Virus record (IMG/VR): IMGVR_UViG_3300037245_001069
Span: 1 to 60,408 of that record
Reading direction: 5' to 3' (one strand)
DNA: 60,408 bases
Source of the DNA: a virus
Taxonomy: Duplodnaviria > Caudoviricetes
The position numbers and the translations under genes were made by a program. Numbering within the stretch: the stretch's first letter is position 1; each line of letters begins with the position of its first letter. This document shows, piece after piece, positions 39,671 to 50,900 of the stretch. A model generated the notes under the pieces. It saw only the letters and a list, made by a program, of their open reading frames with translations, had not been told where the DNA came from and did no database searches.

Positions 39671-41077
39671 ATGATTACAAAGGATAAGAAAAGCTACAGA
39701 GAGATTATGTCCGCATTGGATATCGTTAAATCAGTTCCGAATATAACAGTGCCTCAACATATCAATTCATTAATAACAGGTGATCCGTTTTATACTTCAT
39801 TGGATAATCAGTCACAATTAGAAAAAGAGTACGAGGTAAATCCTGTGCTTTCATCAGTTATTAATTTAAAAGCTGACTATATATCGAATGCCGCTGTTAG
39901 TGTCAGGAATGTTAAAAATGGCGAAATAATAACCGACAAGCAGTTCAAGCAAAGCAAAACATTAGACCCTATTATCAAGTCAATGTTCCGGTTAAAGAAC
40001 AACCCAAACCCACTCCAATCCACAAAGGAATTTTTCGGATTAACTTCTATTTTCAAGGATGTATTCGGGAATAGTTTTATTTATGGCAATAGTGTTTCTG
40101 GCAGCGTAAACATTAAAGACGTAGCGTTTTTATGGGCTGTTTGGCCTCAGTATATGAAACCAGAATTAAACGGTAATATATTTGATGCGGCAAGTCTTAG
40201 TGGAATTATAAAGGGATGGGATTGGAAGAAAGACACTTATAGTAAAAGGTTTTCTATCGAAGAAATATTACATAGGAAAGACCCTAATATAGGATTTAAT
40301 AATGTCAATGATTTAGTACTCGGAACTTCCAGGCAAAAATCTTTGTCGTGGCCTTTGTCAAATATCCGTATTGCTTACGAAAGTCGCAATGTTATAGCTA
40401 GAGAACGAGGAATGAGAGCTATTATATCTAGTTCTGATTCTGACGGGAATATGGGTTCTATCCCAATGGGTGATACTGAAAAGCAAGAAGTCCAAAGAGA
40501 TTTAAGAAACTATGGGTTCCGTAATGGGCAAGATCAATTTATGGTCACGCGGCATAATATTGCCGTCCACCATGTAGACCAAGACGTAAGAAAGCTTGGC
40601 CTTTTGAATGAAATAGCGTCCGATGCCATGGCTGTTTCGGAAAGATACGGAGTGCCGGAAATCCTTGTTAAATTGTACATAAAAGGTGCGACATTTGAGA
40701 ATCAGGAAAGTTCAGAAAGACGAATGTATCAGAATACAACGATCCCTGAGATGAATGATTTTATTGAGGATTTAAACGTTTGGCTAAAGACAAGGGATTT
40801 CGGATATGAATACATTGTCGATTTTAATCACATCCCTGTATTGCAGAAAAATGAAAAAGATCGTTCAGAGATAAATAAGAATATAAACACCATCAACAAG
40901 GAATTATTTTTCTCTGGAGCTATAATTTATAATCAATGGCTGCAAGCTATTGGGTACGCTTCCGTAGATCAGTCATGGGCTAAAAAACGGATTACTGAAA
41001 TGACAGATGAGGAAATTTTCAGGATTAAAGGAAATTATACGTTGAATTCTACAATTGAAGAAGATGGAAACCAATGA
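39671..41077 (+). CDS. Portal protein
   Basis: Size and position; FGNSFIY, YGVPE.L, ATFENQ motifs. Confidence 0.85.
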   Translation: MITKDKKSYREIMSALDIVKSVPNITVPQHINSLITGDPFYTSLDNQSQLEKEYEVNPVLSSVINLKADYISNAAVSVRNVKNGEIITDKQFKQSKTLDPIIKSMFRLKNNPNPLQSTKEFFGLTSIFKDVFGNSFIYGNSVSGSVNIKDVAFLWAVWPQYMKPELNGNIFDAASLSGIIKGWDWKKDTYSKRFSIEEILHRKDPNIGFNNVNDLVLGTSRQKSLSWPLSNIRIAYESRNVIARERGMRAIISSSDSDGNMGSIPMGDTEKQEVQRDLRNYGFRNGQDQFMVTRHNIAVHHVDQDVRKLGLLNEIASDAMAVSERYGVPEILVKLYIKGATFENQESSERRMYQNTTIPEMNDFIEDLNVWLKTRDFGYEYIVDFNHIPVLQKNEKDRSEINKNINTINKELFFSGAIIYNQWLQAIGYASVDQSWAKKRITEMTDEEIFRIKGNYTLNSTIEEDGNQ

Positions 41078-41293
41078 GAATAAAAAGGGGAAGATCGACA
41101 AGAAAAAGTTAATCAAGGATAAGAAGAAATTTATCAAGGAGAATCGAAACGTAATTTTGAAGTGAGATTAAAATTTAAAATATTATTTATCATGGCAATC
41201 GTAGGCTTAGCGGCTTACGGTAATGGAGGTTTACTGACCGTTCCTCCTGCCATGACTGTATTTAATTCGGTCGCTAATTTAAAAATGGTCAAG

Positions 41294-41866
41294 ATGGAAA
41301 ATGAAATTTGGAAAGGTGTATTCGGATTTGAGGGGTTTTATCAAGTCAGTGATATGGGTAGGGTTAAAAGATTGAAAAGAAATCATTCTAATAATCAGTA
41401 CAAAACAGACAGAATAATGTCTCCAAGAACATCCAATAATGGATATAAAAATATAAGTTTTACTATTAATCGCCATGTCAAGTCATTTTCCGTACATAGG
41501 TTGGTGGCATTGCATTTTATTTCCAACCCAGACAATAAACCACAAATCAACCACAAAAATGCAATTAAAACGGATAATAGAGTTGGTAATTTAGAGTGGT
41601 GTACCGCGAAAGAGAATATGACTCACGCTCATGCCAATGGATTAGTGAAACCAAATAAGTCTGGGGCTAGCGACTATCGGAGTCACCAAGTAATAATGAT
41701 AGACCTAGGTGGCAATGAAATTAATGAGTTCGGGAGTCTCATGGAGGCACAAAGAAAAACAGGAATAAGGAATGGCAATATATCTAAAGTGCTAACTGGA
41801 CGAACAAATACAGCAGGAGGATATAAGTGGAAAATAAAAAATAAAGAGCATGAGCATACATTGTAG
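41294..41866 (+). CDS. NUMOD4-HNH-NUMOD1 homing endonuclease
   Basis: EIWK...FEG.YQVSDMGRV, VHRLVA..F, INHKN..KTDN...NLEW, TAGGYKW. Confidence 0.92.
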   Translation: MENEIWKGVFGFEGFYQVSDMGRVKRLKRNHSNNQYKTDRIMSPRTSNNGYKNISFTINRHVKSFSVHRLVALHFISNPDNKPQINHKNAIKTDNRVGNLEWCTAKENMTHAHANGLVKPNKSGASDYRSHQVIMIDLGGNEINEFGSLMEAQRKTGIRNGNISKVLTGRTNTAGGYKWKIKNKEHEHTL

Positions 41867-42725
41867 TGAACTGAATAAAAGTTTTGACTCGAAGGAAGAA
41901 TTATTTGTAGAATTAAAGGCGAATAAGTCCGAAATAGTAGCAATTAAAAAGGCTCAAATATTGAAGTCGCACGAAAAAGGAACAGGCATAAAGGCTCGCC
42001 CACTTGATTATTCCAAATTAAGTACTGAGACAAAAGGTATCAAATTCGATGAGGACTACTACTATATAGCCGTTAGCACAAGTAAGGTGTTGGATTCTCA
42101 CGATGATCTTCACTTAGATGGGATGTGGAACAGAACAGTAACGGCAAGGCAAGGTAAAAATTATCTTGTTGCAGATCACGAGCTGAAGATTGATAATACA
42201 ATAGCAAGAAAAGAATATGTTGAAATGCTCACCGCTATCATACCATTTTCCGCATTAGGGAAAGACTACGAAGGTGATACCGAAGCATTGATATACAAAG
42301 TAAGGAAAGATAAAGTTATCCATGCTAAAGCAAAGGAATGGCTAGATAGTGGCGATGACATAGAAGCTAGTGTTAGGATGCAATATGTTGATATTGTCCT
42401 AGCCATGAAAAGTGATGATAAGGATGATATTAAAGAGCGTAAAAACTTTGACGAGTTATACGACTCAATAGCAAATAAAGCTGACTTCGAGGAAGAAATA
42501 ATGTATTTCTGGGGAATAAAAGAAGCAAAAAACGTGCTAGAAAGCAGTTTGGTATTGTTTGGAAGCAATAGCACTACTGGACAAATATCACACGCAAGCA
42601 ACGATAAAAAACAGAAACCGTTAATAAAAGACACTTCTGTAAAAAATAGTCAGCCGCCTGTAAGCACTGATGTAGATTACGAATTTTTAACAAAAAACAT
42701 TTTTAAAAACAAAGAAAATGACTGA
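41850..42725 (+). CDS. Putative prohead protease
   Basis: Between portal and MCP; LDSHDD, DH, SV.M.Y, ESSLV.FGSN..T. Confidence 0.7.
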   Translation: MSIHCSELNKSFDSKEELFVELKANKSEIVAIKKAQILKSHEKGTGIKARPLDYSKLSTETKGIKFDEDYYYIAVSTSKVLDSHDDLHLDGMWNRTVTARQGKNYLVADHELKIDNTIARKEYVEMLTAIIPFSALGKDYEGDTEALIYKVRKDKVIHAKAKEWLDSGDDIEASVRMQYVDIVLAMKSDDKDDIKERKNFDELYDSIANKADFEEEIMYFWGIKEAKNVLESSLVLFGSNSTTGQISHASNDKKQKPLIKDTSVKNSQPPVSTDVDYEFLTKNIFKNKEND

Positions 42726-44055
42726 AGAAGAAAAAAAAGCAGCCTTACTTTTAGAAATTGAAGCAAAGGTTAAAGGGCTTATCGTTGATTCTCAAAAGGA
42801 GTCAGTGACAAAAGCAGAGCTTGATACAAAGGTCAATGAAATAAATGATGCAATTGCCGCATCTCTGGATAATGACCAGATTTCTGCCTTGAAAGCAAGT
42901 GTTGATGGCCTTATTGAGGCTACAGGGAAAAATACCTTGGAGTTAAAAGAATTCAAAGAAGGCAAAGTGACCAACGATTCCACCCCGAAAACTTTCAGGG
43001 GAGCGATAAAAGAGGCCATCATGAGTAAGAAAGACATCTGTCTTACTAAAAAGGATGACGATAACGGCGAGCGATATTCATTGCTTGACTATTTCCAAGA
43101 AAAAGGCAGAAGCGAATCTCCTGTATTTACAATGAAGGCTGCTGTTGATATGCTTCAATCAAATATCGCCCAGAGCGAAATAAATCTGGTAAGATTGACT
43201 GAGCTTGATCCTAATCGAGTTGGTATTCCTTTAACTATTTATCCACACGTTTTCAATTGGATGCCAACGAAGCCAATGAAAAAAGCTTACATGTCTGTTT
43301 TGGTGGTTTATACTTACGTTGATGGATCGGGAACTAAAACCGAAGGGTCTGCTTCAAGTAAATCAAGCTTCTTACTGAAAACTGTTCAGTTTAAAGCATT
43401 TTACAATGCAACTTATTTCACTATTTCTGATGAGACACTTGATGATTTAGATGAAGTAATGGACGAAATTGCAATGGTAGCACCTGATAAAATCTTGGAT
43501 AGCATCGATGGCAAAATTCTTGGAACTACCGGTGATGGATCGACTGACATTAAAGGATTATTCGCAACTGGGAATCATACTGATTTTGCAACAGCAACTT
43601 ATACTGACACAGTAGAGGGTGCGAATATTATTGACCTGATTTCAAAATCAAAATTACAATGTGAAGGCAATAAATATCGCCCAAATGTTGTATTAATGAG
43701 TCCAACAGATATTGAGGCAATGGGTGCATTGAAAGACCTTGATGAAAATTCCGTATCTGATCGTAGGGTTAGATGGGATAGTACCGGACTTCCAGCATTC
43801 GTAATGGGACTAAGAATAATTGCTTCTACTGCTATAACAGCAGATACTTTAGCTGTTATCGATCAAAAGCAATTGATAATCGGACTCCGTAAGGATATGA
43901 GTTTGCAAATTGGTTTGAATGGAACCGATTTAACCGAAGGACAAAGAACAGTTGTTATTAAAGTTCGTAATGCTTTTGGTATTAGGGATATTGCAGGTAT
44001 CATTTATTCTGATGGTATTGCTGCTGATGTTGCCGCAATTGATTCTGGAGTATAA
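42718..44055 (+). CDS. Major capsid protein (HK97 fold with N-terminal delta domain)
   Basis: Coiled-coil N-terminus, EG..S, ISDE.LDD, IL...GDG...IKG, MSP.D. Confidence 0.88.
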   Translation: MTEEEKKAALLLEIEAKVKGLIVDSQKESVTKAELDTKVNEINDAIAASLDNDQISALKASVDGLIEATGKNTLELKEFKEGKVTNDSTPKTFRGAIKEAIMSKKDICLTKKDDDNGERYSLLDYFQEKGRSESPVFTMKAAVDMLQSNIAQSEINLVRLTELDPNRVGIPLTIYPHVFNWMPTKPMKKAYMSVLVVYTYVDGSGTKTEGSASSKSSFLLKTVQFKAFYNATYFTISDETLDDLDEVMDEIAMVAPDKILDSIDGKILGTTGDGSTDIKGLFATGNHTDFATATYTDTVEGANIIDLISKSKLQCEGNKYRPNVVLMSPTDIEAMGALKDLDENSVSDRRVRWDSTGLPAFVMGLRIIASTAITADTLAVIDQKQLIIGLRKDMSLQIGLNGTDLTEGQRTVVIKVRNAFGIRDIAGIIYSDGIAADVAAIDSGV

Positions 44056-44073
44056 ATCTTAAAATTAAGTATA

Positions 44074-44526
44074 ATGAAAAAGTTATTATTTATTTTGGCA
44101 TTGATAGTTAGTGTGTTTGTAGCAAATGCACAGACTTTGACAACTCCTACTGCAGGCGATTTTGACTCATATATCAGTCAGGCATCTTATTATTATGTGA
44201 CAGACAGCCTTAATGATACAGACACTACTCTGTACACGTTTCGAGTAAAAGGACCTACAGTGCAGAATTTTACTGTTAAATTATATCTTGATTGGGTTTC
44301 AGGGACAGCAGGAGGTGTTCTTACTGTATTAAGATCAATTGATGGTGTCAATTATCAGGCATATTCGGATACTACAATAACAGCAAGTGCAGTAACGGCA
44401 GATATAATGGATACAGAAACTATAGACTTAGACGATTATGGATATCCATATCTAAGGCTACAGTATATTCAGTCTGGAACTGCTATTACGAGACCCAATA
44501 TTTACATTTACAATAAAGGCAATTAA
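44074..44526 (+). CDS. Jelly-roll-like protein with SPI signal peptide, possibly capsid-associated
   Basis: MKKLLFILALIVSVFVANA-Q; SIDGVNY, YLRL.Y. Confidence 0.6.
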   Translation: MKKLLFILALIVSVFVANAQTLTTPTAGDFDSYISQASYYYVTDSLNDTDTTLYTFRVKGPTVQNFTVKLYLDWVSGTAGGVLTVLRSIDGVNYQAYSDTTITASAVTADIMDTETIDLDDYGYPYLRLQYIQSGTAITRPNIYIYNKGN

Positions 44527-44669
44527 TCATGGTAAACGTAAAAGGAACGCGTAAAATTAGAGCTGTAGTTTCATTGATTTGCGCCAAATTGCAGATCGAT
44601 GACAAAGAGCTTGATGCCTTTATTGGAAAAGGTACTGTAAAGCCTATTAAGGCAGGTAAAAAATAAGAA

Positions 44670-45290
44670 ATGGCAAACCTGATTGATGATACATATTTCG
44701 TTCGTGACATTAATGTGCCAGTAGGCTCTACTGAAGAGTTGAAAGCACCGTTAAATGCCGCAATAGTAAGGTATGAACCTGAATATCTTAAAAAACTACT
44801 TGGATACACTTTATGGAAAGGTGTTCAAGTAGAAATAGATGCAGCAGAGTACACGCTTTATAGTGATTTAGTAAACGGTGCAGAATTCTCATTCGATTTT
44901 TATGGTAAGACCATAACTACTAAATGGGAAGGATTAGTGAACGCTGAAAAGATTTCACCGATAGCACATTATACTTACTATAAGAACAGAGAAAATGTTG
45001 AGAGTTTCAATACAGGTTTAGGACAAAGAAGAGGAAAGGGTGAAAATTCAGTTGCGGCTTCGGCAATAGTTCCGATGGTTAAAGTATGGAGTGATTTGGT
45101 AAGAGAAATGCACGGAGAACAGGATAGGTGTTTTAAGCCTAAGGAGTATCGTGATTTCTTTCTGAACAATACTAATTATTATCATTTTGACGCCGAGCCA
45201 AGTGTATTTAATTTTCTATTGGCGAACTTGACTGAATATCCGGATTGGGTTTTCACCCCTTTATGGTTTAATAACGCATTTGGAATATGA
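44670..45290 (+). CDS. Putative head-tail adaptor
   Basis: Position after MCP; YEPEYL..LLG. Confidence 0.6.
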   Translation: MANLIDDTYFVRDINVPVGSTEELKAPLNAAIVRYEPEYLKKLLGYTLWKGVQVEIDAAEYTLYSDLVNGAEFSFDFYGKTITTKWEGLVNAEKISPIAHYTYYKNRENVESFNTGLGQRRGKGENSVAASAIVPMVKVWSDLVREMHGEQDRCFKPKEYRDFFLNNTNYYHFDAEPSVFNFLLANLTEYPDWVFTPLWFNNAFGI

Positions 45291-45832
45291 CAATTGATAG
45301 CAGATATTTCGTAGATGTTTTTGGGAGCGTTGTAGATGACGTTCAGGCTCTTTATGATCCTACTAATGAGGAAAAGCCTTATTATATGTATGGTCATATT
45401 CTGGACGTTCTAAAACGACTTACAATTAAAGATACTGATGATACTGAAAAGTTGAAAAAATATCCTTTGATTGTTTTAATCCAGGACTTCGAGGAAGTTA
45501 AATCTGAGTGGGGAAAATACGAGTATATTCTCCCCGAAATTAAAGTTGTTATTGTTACTGATACTTCACAGAATTATACAAGTGATAAGCGTTACACAAA
45601 ATCATTCAAGCCTATTCTTTATCCGATATGGAATAATTTGCTGACGAGCATGGCAAAAAGTAATTACATAGATGTTGTTTCTCCTGACCATATAGAATAC
45701 TCTAAATTTGACAGAGTATTTTGGGGAAAGGAAGCAGTATTTGGAGTAGATGGTTCGCCGTTTAACGATTACTTAGATGCCATAGAAATACGATTTAAGA
45801 ATTTACAAATTATAAAACACAAAAATTGTTAA
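45287..45832 (+). CDS. Putative tail completion/terminator protein
   Basis: Position before the major tail protein; KYPLI, FKPILYP. Confidence 0.55.
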   Translation: MTIDSRYFVDVFGSVVDDVQALYDPTNEEKPYYMYGHILDVLKRLTIKDTDDTEKLKKYPLIVLIQDFEEVKSEWGKYEYILPEIKVVIVTDTSQNYTSDKRYTKSFKPILYPIWNNLLTSMAKSNYIDVVSPDHIEYSKFDRVFWGKEAVFGVDGSPFNDYLDAIEIRFKNLQIIKHKNC

Positions 45833-45835
45833 GAG

Positions 45836-46699
45836 ATGACATGTGTAAATAATACAGGAAACGTAGGAAGTTTGTATTGCGCCAATGGGTCAATTTTCGG
45901 TAAACCATCCGGAATAATTTTAGCCCAAAGTTCGTTCTCACAAGTTGCTGCTAATTTCCTTTTGCAAGAACAATGGGTTGATGCGGTTCAGGCTGAAAAT
46001 GTTTTCCCAATTATCGAAATGAAGAATTTCGAAGAGGACAGTACTGACGTAACATACCATGAGTATGCCAATGAGGACAGAAAGTTGACCTCGCAAGGCA
46101 AATACCGCGTAACAGCGTGGTTCGACCTGACAGAGTGCCAAAAGAAGCAACTGAATCAATTTAGAGGGTTCTCAGGATTGATTTACTTCATTTACGGCAA
46201 TGTGGTACGTGGGCGTTCTATTGATGCAGGGGTTACTATCGTAGGAATGCGAGTGAATGACCTCAATGTAAGAAAGTCAACTTTCCCATTAATGGACGGA
46301 ACACCTGAAATGGTTGCAGTTGATATTTCGTTGAAAGATGAAGCTGATGCAAACATTTATGACTATTCAAGGCTACTGGATTGGGATGTTGGATCATTAG
46401 ATTCGCTTACTGACGTTAATTTAGCACAAGTAGGTGCTGCATCTGCTACTGAGGTAGTAGTTAGCGTTACAGGAGACTGTTACGGTGCTACTTATCCAAT
46501 ATCGGGATTAGTTATTGCTGACTTTGCGATTACAGGAACAGGAACATTAAGTTCACTTACTGAGGTAACTCCAGGTAATTATACAATAGTTACATCTGGA
46601 TTGATTACTTCGGACTCAATTGACCTCGTTGCGCCAAGTGCGTTAGACGGTGACTTATTGATTAAGTCTGCGGGACCGGTCATAGTTACGGTGACATAA
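45836..46699 (+). CDS. Putative major tail protein
   Basis: Position, size, C-terminal Ig-like segment; followed by a terminator. Confidence 0.65.
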   Translation: MTCVNNTGNVGSLYCANGSIFGKPSGIILAQSSFSQVAANFLLQEQWVDAVQAENVFPIIEMKNFEEDSTDVTYHEYANEDRKLTSQGKYRVTAWFDLTECQKKQLNQFRGFSGLIYFIYGNVVRGRSIDAGVTIVGMRVNDLNVRKSTFPLMDGTPEMVAVDISLKDEADANIYDYSRLLDWDVGSLDSLTDVNLAQVGAASATEVVVSVTGDCYGATYPISGLVIADFAITGTGTLSSLTEVTPGNYTIVTSGLITSDSIDLVAPSALDGDLLIKSAGPVIVTVT

Positions 46700-46714
46700 A
46701 CCTTAAAAATTAAC

Positions 46715-46740
46715 GAGGGTGCTAGGCACCCTCTTTTTTT
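46715..46740 (+). terminator. Intrinsic terminator
   Basis: GAGGGTGC-TAG-GCACCCTC plus T7. Confidence 0.8.
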
Positions 46741-46748
46741 AAACTATC

Positions 46749-47204
46749 ATGGCGACACTTGTTGAAGTTCAAAATAATTTACTCACTGTAGATATCTGGG
46801 GAATAATCAAAGGTATCCTTATTGAATTGTCGGGTAATATTATTGAGATGAACAAGCGTCAATTAATAGAAGGTAAAATGGCTGATGGCAGTGGAACACC
46901 TCAGCATACTGGTAGTCCACGCTCAGAGGCTTATGTACTTGGGAAGATTGCAGATGGAATATATGATTCATCAATTTTCCCACACTATAATTATTTTAAC
47001 GAAGGTGATTTCTTCTTAGGTTTTGTTGCTAAGATGCAAACTGACTTCATGGAGATAACATCTACTGACGACAAAGGGGGCGAACTTGTTACTGAATTTG
47101 GTGGAGCAAGTGTTTTTGGGCTTACCGATGAAAATTTAGATTTCCTGATAAAAATGATAATACCAACATTGAATCAGAGAATAAGAGAGAAACTAAAAAT
47201 TTAA
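46749..47204 (+). CDS. Putative neck/tail morphogenesis protein
   Basis: N..QL..G...DG, GDF, FGLT.EN; position. Confidence 0.55.
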   Translation: MATLVEVQNNLLTVDIWGIIKGILIELSGNIIEMNKRQLIEGKMADGSGTPQHTGSPRSEAYVLGKIADGIYDSSIFPHYNYFNEGDFFLGFVAKMQTDFMEITSTDDKGGELVTEFGGASVFGLTDENLDFLIKMIIPTLNQRIREKLKI

Positions 47205-47207
47205 GTT

Positions 47208-47522
47208 ATGGCTTGTAATTGTAATGCCGCACAGAAAAAAGACCTGAATTACATTAGAATTATGGCAGGTCATTTCTCAAAAATAGTAGAAAAGAATGTT
47301 CAAATTTATCACTACACACTTCGAGGTATTGGAAAAGTTTACGACTTTGAGGAAGAACAGGAAGGACGACCTCAGATTGTCGAAATTATTAAGTTTCGAG
47401 CAAATAAAAGCAAAAACGTTCTACGAAATACTAGGGTCGGGGAATCTGGTGCCACTTCAAAAGAAGTTGTCAAAACTGAGCCTGTTGTTAAAAAGAAACG
47501 CAGGAGAAAGTCTACTGAATAA
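47208..47522 (+). CDS. Small basic protein (MACNC...)
   Basis: ORF overlapping the next gene. Confidence 0.55.
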   Translation: MACNCNAAQKKDLNYIRIMAGHFSKIVEKNVQIYHYTLRGIGKVYDFEEEQEGRPQIVEIIKFRANKSKNVLRNTRVGESGATSKEVVKTEPVVKKKRRRKSTE

Positions 47523-47949
47523 AAGGTGGTACGACATTCTTGAAATGTATTATCAAAAGACAGATCCATCGAGGTTACCTATTATAATACAAGACATGGT
47601 TCGCTCTGCTGAAATGCAGAATGAGATGACAGGGATTGAAGCTGCCGAGACTATGGTTGATTATTTAGGGATGAAGAAGGAGGGATTGGAGACATTAAAG
47701 GTGTTTGGCATAACCGGAAATATCAAGCAGAGAATAAGTCAGCGAAGAACAAAGTTTATGATGTACGCAGCAAAGCAAGCTGCAAAGGCTCAGAAAACAA
47801 CTAATTCAGACTATTACGATTTACTAGGAGAAGCATCAAGTCAAACTGGAAGAAACTTAAACGATGAAATGTTATTGGTTGAATGGATTGGAATACTCAA
47901 TCAGCTAAAAAGGAAGAACGCAGCTCAACAGAAAATAAATAAAAAGTAA
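47296..47949 (+). CDS. Putative tail assembly chaperone; true start uncertain
   Basis: Directly upstream of and coupled to the tape measure gene. Confidence 0.5.
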   Translation: MFKFITTHFEVLEKFTTLRKNRKDDLRLSKLLSFEQIKAKTFYEILGSGNLVPLQKKLSKLSLLLKRNAGESLLNKRWYDILEMYYQKTDPSRLPIIIQDMVRSAEMQNEMTGIEAAETMVDYLGMKKEGLETLKVFGITGNIKQRISQRRTKFMMYAAKQAAKAQKTTNSDYYDLLGEASSQTGRNLNDEMLLVEWIGILNQLKRKNAAQQKINKK

Positions 47950-50900
47950 TGGCATCAGGAAGAATAGAAAAGAATGATATTATCACCCAAGCGGCAATAA
48001 ATACTGTTGCTGAATTGGCGGCTGAAATTGCTAAAGTTGCCAAAGAGACTGAGGAATTAAAAACTATTCTAAAGGATGCTAAATCATTAGGTGCGGTTGC
48101 CGATGCTACTAAGAAAACTACTAAGAACACAGAAAAACTAACTACTGCTACTAAGGAATTCCAATCAATAATAGGATTAGGCAAGCAAAAACTAAAGGCA
48201 GAAACAGACCAAAGAGTGACGGCGGCAAAAAAAGTTGCTGATGCCGACAAAAAGGCTACTGATGCTAAAAAGAAAAATACAAAAGAATGGATTGCCGCCG
48301 CGAAACGTGTATCAGTATTTGAAAAGAAAGCAGCAAGAGAAAAATTAGCATCAGACAAAAAGATAGCAACAGGCATTAAACTTAAAATAGCAATACAAAA
48401 AATAGACAAGGGATCGATAGATAGGCTAAGGGCAGCTAATAAAATATTAGCAAACAGGATGAAGGAGTTAAATGTATTGATTCCTATACAAAGGAAGCAA
48501 TATGACCGTCTTGCTGATTCGATGCAAAGAAACAGCAACAAGATAAGGGAGATGAATATTGCCACCAAAAAGCAATCATCTAGGTTTGGTGCAATGATGA
48601 AATCAGTGGCTAGGGCTGCGTTAATGTATATCGGGATAACTAAGGTTATAAGTTTTTTCACAACAACACTTTTTAACTTAACAAAGAAATTAAGTGCATT
48701 GGAGTTTGCGATGAAAACAGTGATAAGGGATTCCAATGAATTATTAGTTACTCAGCGTTTTCTATCACAAACAGCAGCAAACTATGGGCAAGACATTGTT
48801 GCTCTTACTGAAAGATATATAAAGTTTCGAGCAGCAGCACAGCAATCTAATCTTACATCAGTAGAGACAATGGATATTTTTGATTCAATGGCTAAAGCTG
48901 CGGGTGTATTAGGATTAAAAACAGACGAGGTAAATGGTGTTTTCCTTGCGCTTGAACAAATGATCTCAAAGGGAAAAGTCACAACTGAAGAATTACGTAG
49001 ACAATTAGGTGAAAGACTTCCAGGAGCAATGGGTATTATGGCCGACTCGATTGGTGTCACTATATCTGAATTAGACAAGATGCTAAAGGCAGGAACGGTA
49101 TTGTCAGCAGAAGTATTACCAAACTTTGCAAAAGCAGTTGAAATAGCCTATGGAATTGAGACGATAACAAAAATAGAAAATCTTATTGCCGTGCAGGGTA
49201 GATTAACTACATCATGGAAAGAGTTTGTTGACGAATTAAGTGCTGACAGTACGTATATATCAGCAATAAAAAATTGGTCAAATATGTTTAACCGATTTAG
49301 AATTGTATGGGACGATAATTCAAGGTTGCTTGAAAAATATCAACTAATGACAACAAAGACAGGGAAGGCGGTTAATTCTTTTGTTGAAGAGGCTGATAAA
49401 ATGAAATTTTCTCAGTTGGATAATGCCGATACCGCCGATGCGTTTATAAAAAAATTAGATGAAGAGGGGTTAACATTAGAACACGCAACAAAGGTATGGA
49501 ATGAATACTTTGAAGTAAGGGAGGCTACGTCAAAATTAGACATAAATAAATTTGAGCTTCCAAAGGCTTTTGATTTTGGAGATGCAAAGTCAGTCTTAGA
49601 TACAGCAGAAGAGGATCTTGATTCTTTTGGCAAATTAGCGAAGGGTTCATTACGAGATGCTTTTGTTTTAGACTCAAATGTTCTTACAATGGGGTTTGAG
49701 TCCTATAAAAAATATCTACAAAGTCTAGTAGGTGCGGCAAGGGATGAAACGTCAAAAGCAAAAGAATCACTTGATTTATTTGGTGCGGCAAAAATGACAT
49801 TATCGGAGCTAGATGATAAACTTGCTAATACAACGGACGAGAATGAAAAAAAGAGATTAAGGGATTTATTTAAAAACGAAAACAATAAAAATAGAATATT
49901 ATTCCAAAATGCAGAAAATAGGTTGGCGTTTGAAATTGAAATAAACAATAGGCTTGCAGACTTAAATAAAGGTAAAAAATCAAAAGGTGGCAAAGATGAA
50001 ACGCTTACCTTATTGAAGTCAAGGCAAGCTCTCGAATTAGAACAGCTTAAATTATTTCTAAAAGAAAAGCTACTTGCATTTGAAGGCTCGGATGATGAAT
50101 TAAAGCAACAGCAGTTTGATGCAGGAAGGGAAATTATCGTTCAAAGATTAGAAGATTTAGAAGAGCAGAGAACCGCTGTCGGGGCAATGACTAAAAAAGA
50201 ATTAGCCGATGCATCACTTTCTGACGTAGAAAGAGCTAATATTAAAACAAAAACGAGCAATACCCTATTGGATATTGAAAAGGAATATACTATACTAGAA
50301 AGGGAAATAATCGAAAATGCTATTGCATGGAAAAAGAATGCGTGGAAGGATGAGAGTAAGGATGCCGAAGCTATTCGGAATGAAAGATTAGACGCAATAT
50401 TCACCAATGCAAATAAACTAAAGGCGAAGGCAGCAGAGGATGCTAATAACGATTTCTTAGACACTAAGAGGAGAGGAAAGGATAAGATTAGGACTATGTG
50501 GGGATTAGCTGTCGCTCAGTTATCAATAGAGCATGCAACTGCTATTGAAATACAAAAATTATACGAGGAGAATACTGCGGCTTGGCTAGAGCAGGAAGAT
50601 ATAAAAGATAATTTAAGGAGGGTATTAGCAGAAAAAGCAATTTCATTCGAGAAGAAATTAAGTGATGAAAAAATAAATGAACTTAAAAGGGTTCTTGATT
50701 TTGCAAATGAATCAGTAAATGCCGCATTTAATATCCAGCAGCAATTCTCAGACAACCAATTAGAACGTGCCAGAAACAGATTCGAAAGAGAAACACAATT
50801 AGCCGGAGATTCAGAAGCAGCTAAATTGGTAGCCAAACGTAAATTTGAAAAAGAAGAAAGAGTAATTGCAAAACGTCAAGCCAAAGCAGCAAAAGCACAG

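Noticed and set aside
47897-50836. Long minus-strand ORFs opposite the tape measure gene
   Set aside because: Antisense shadows of an A-rich, biased coding strand; no motifs
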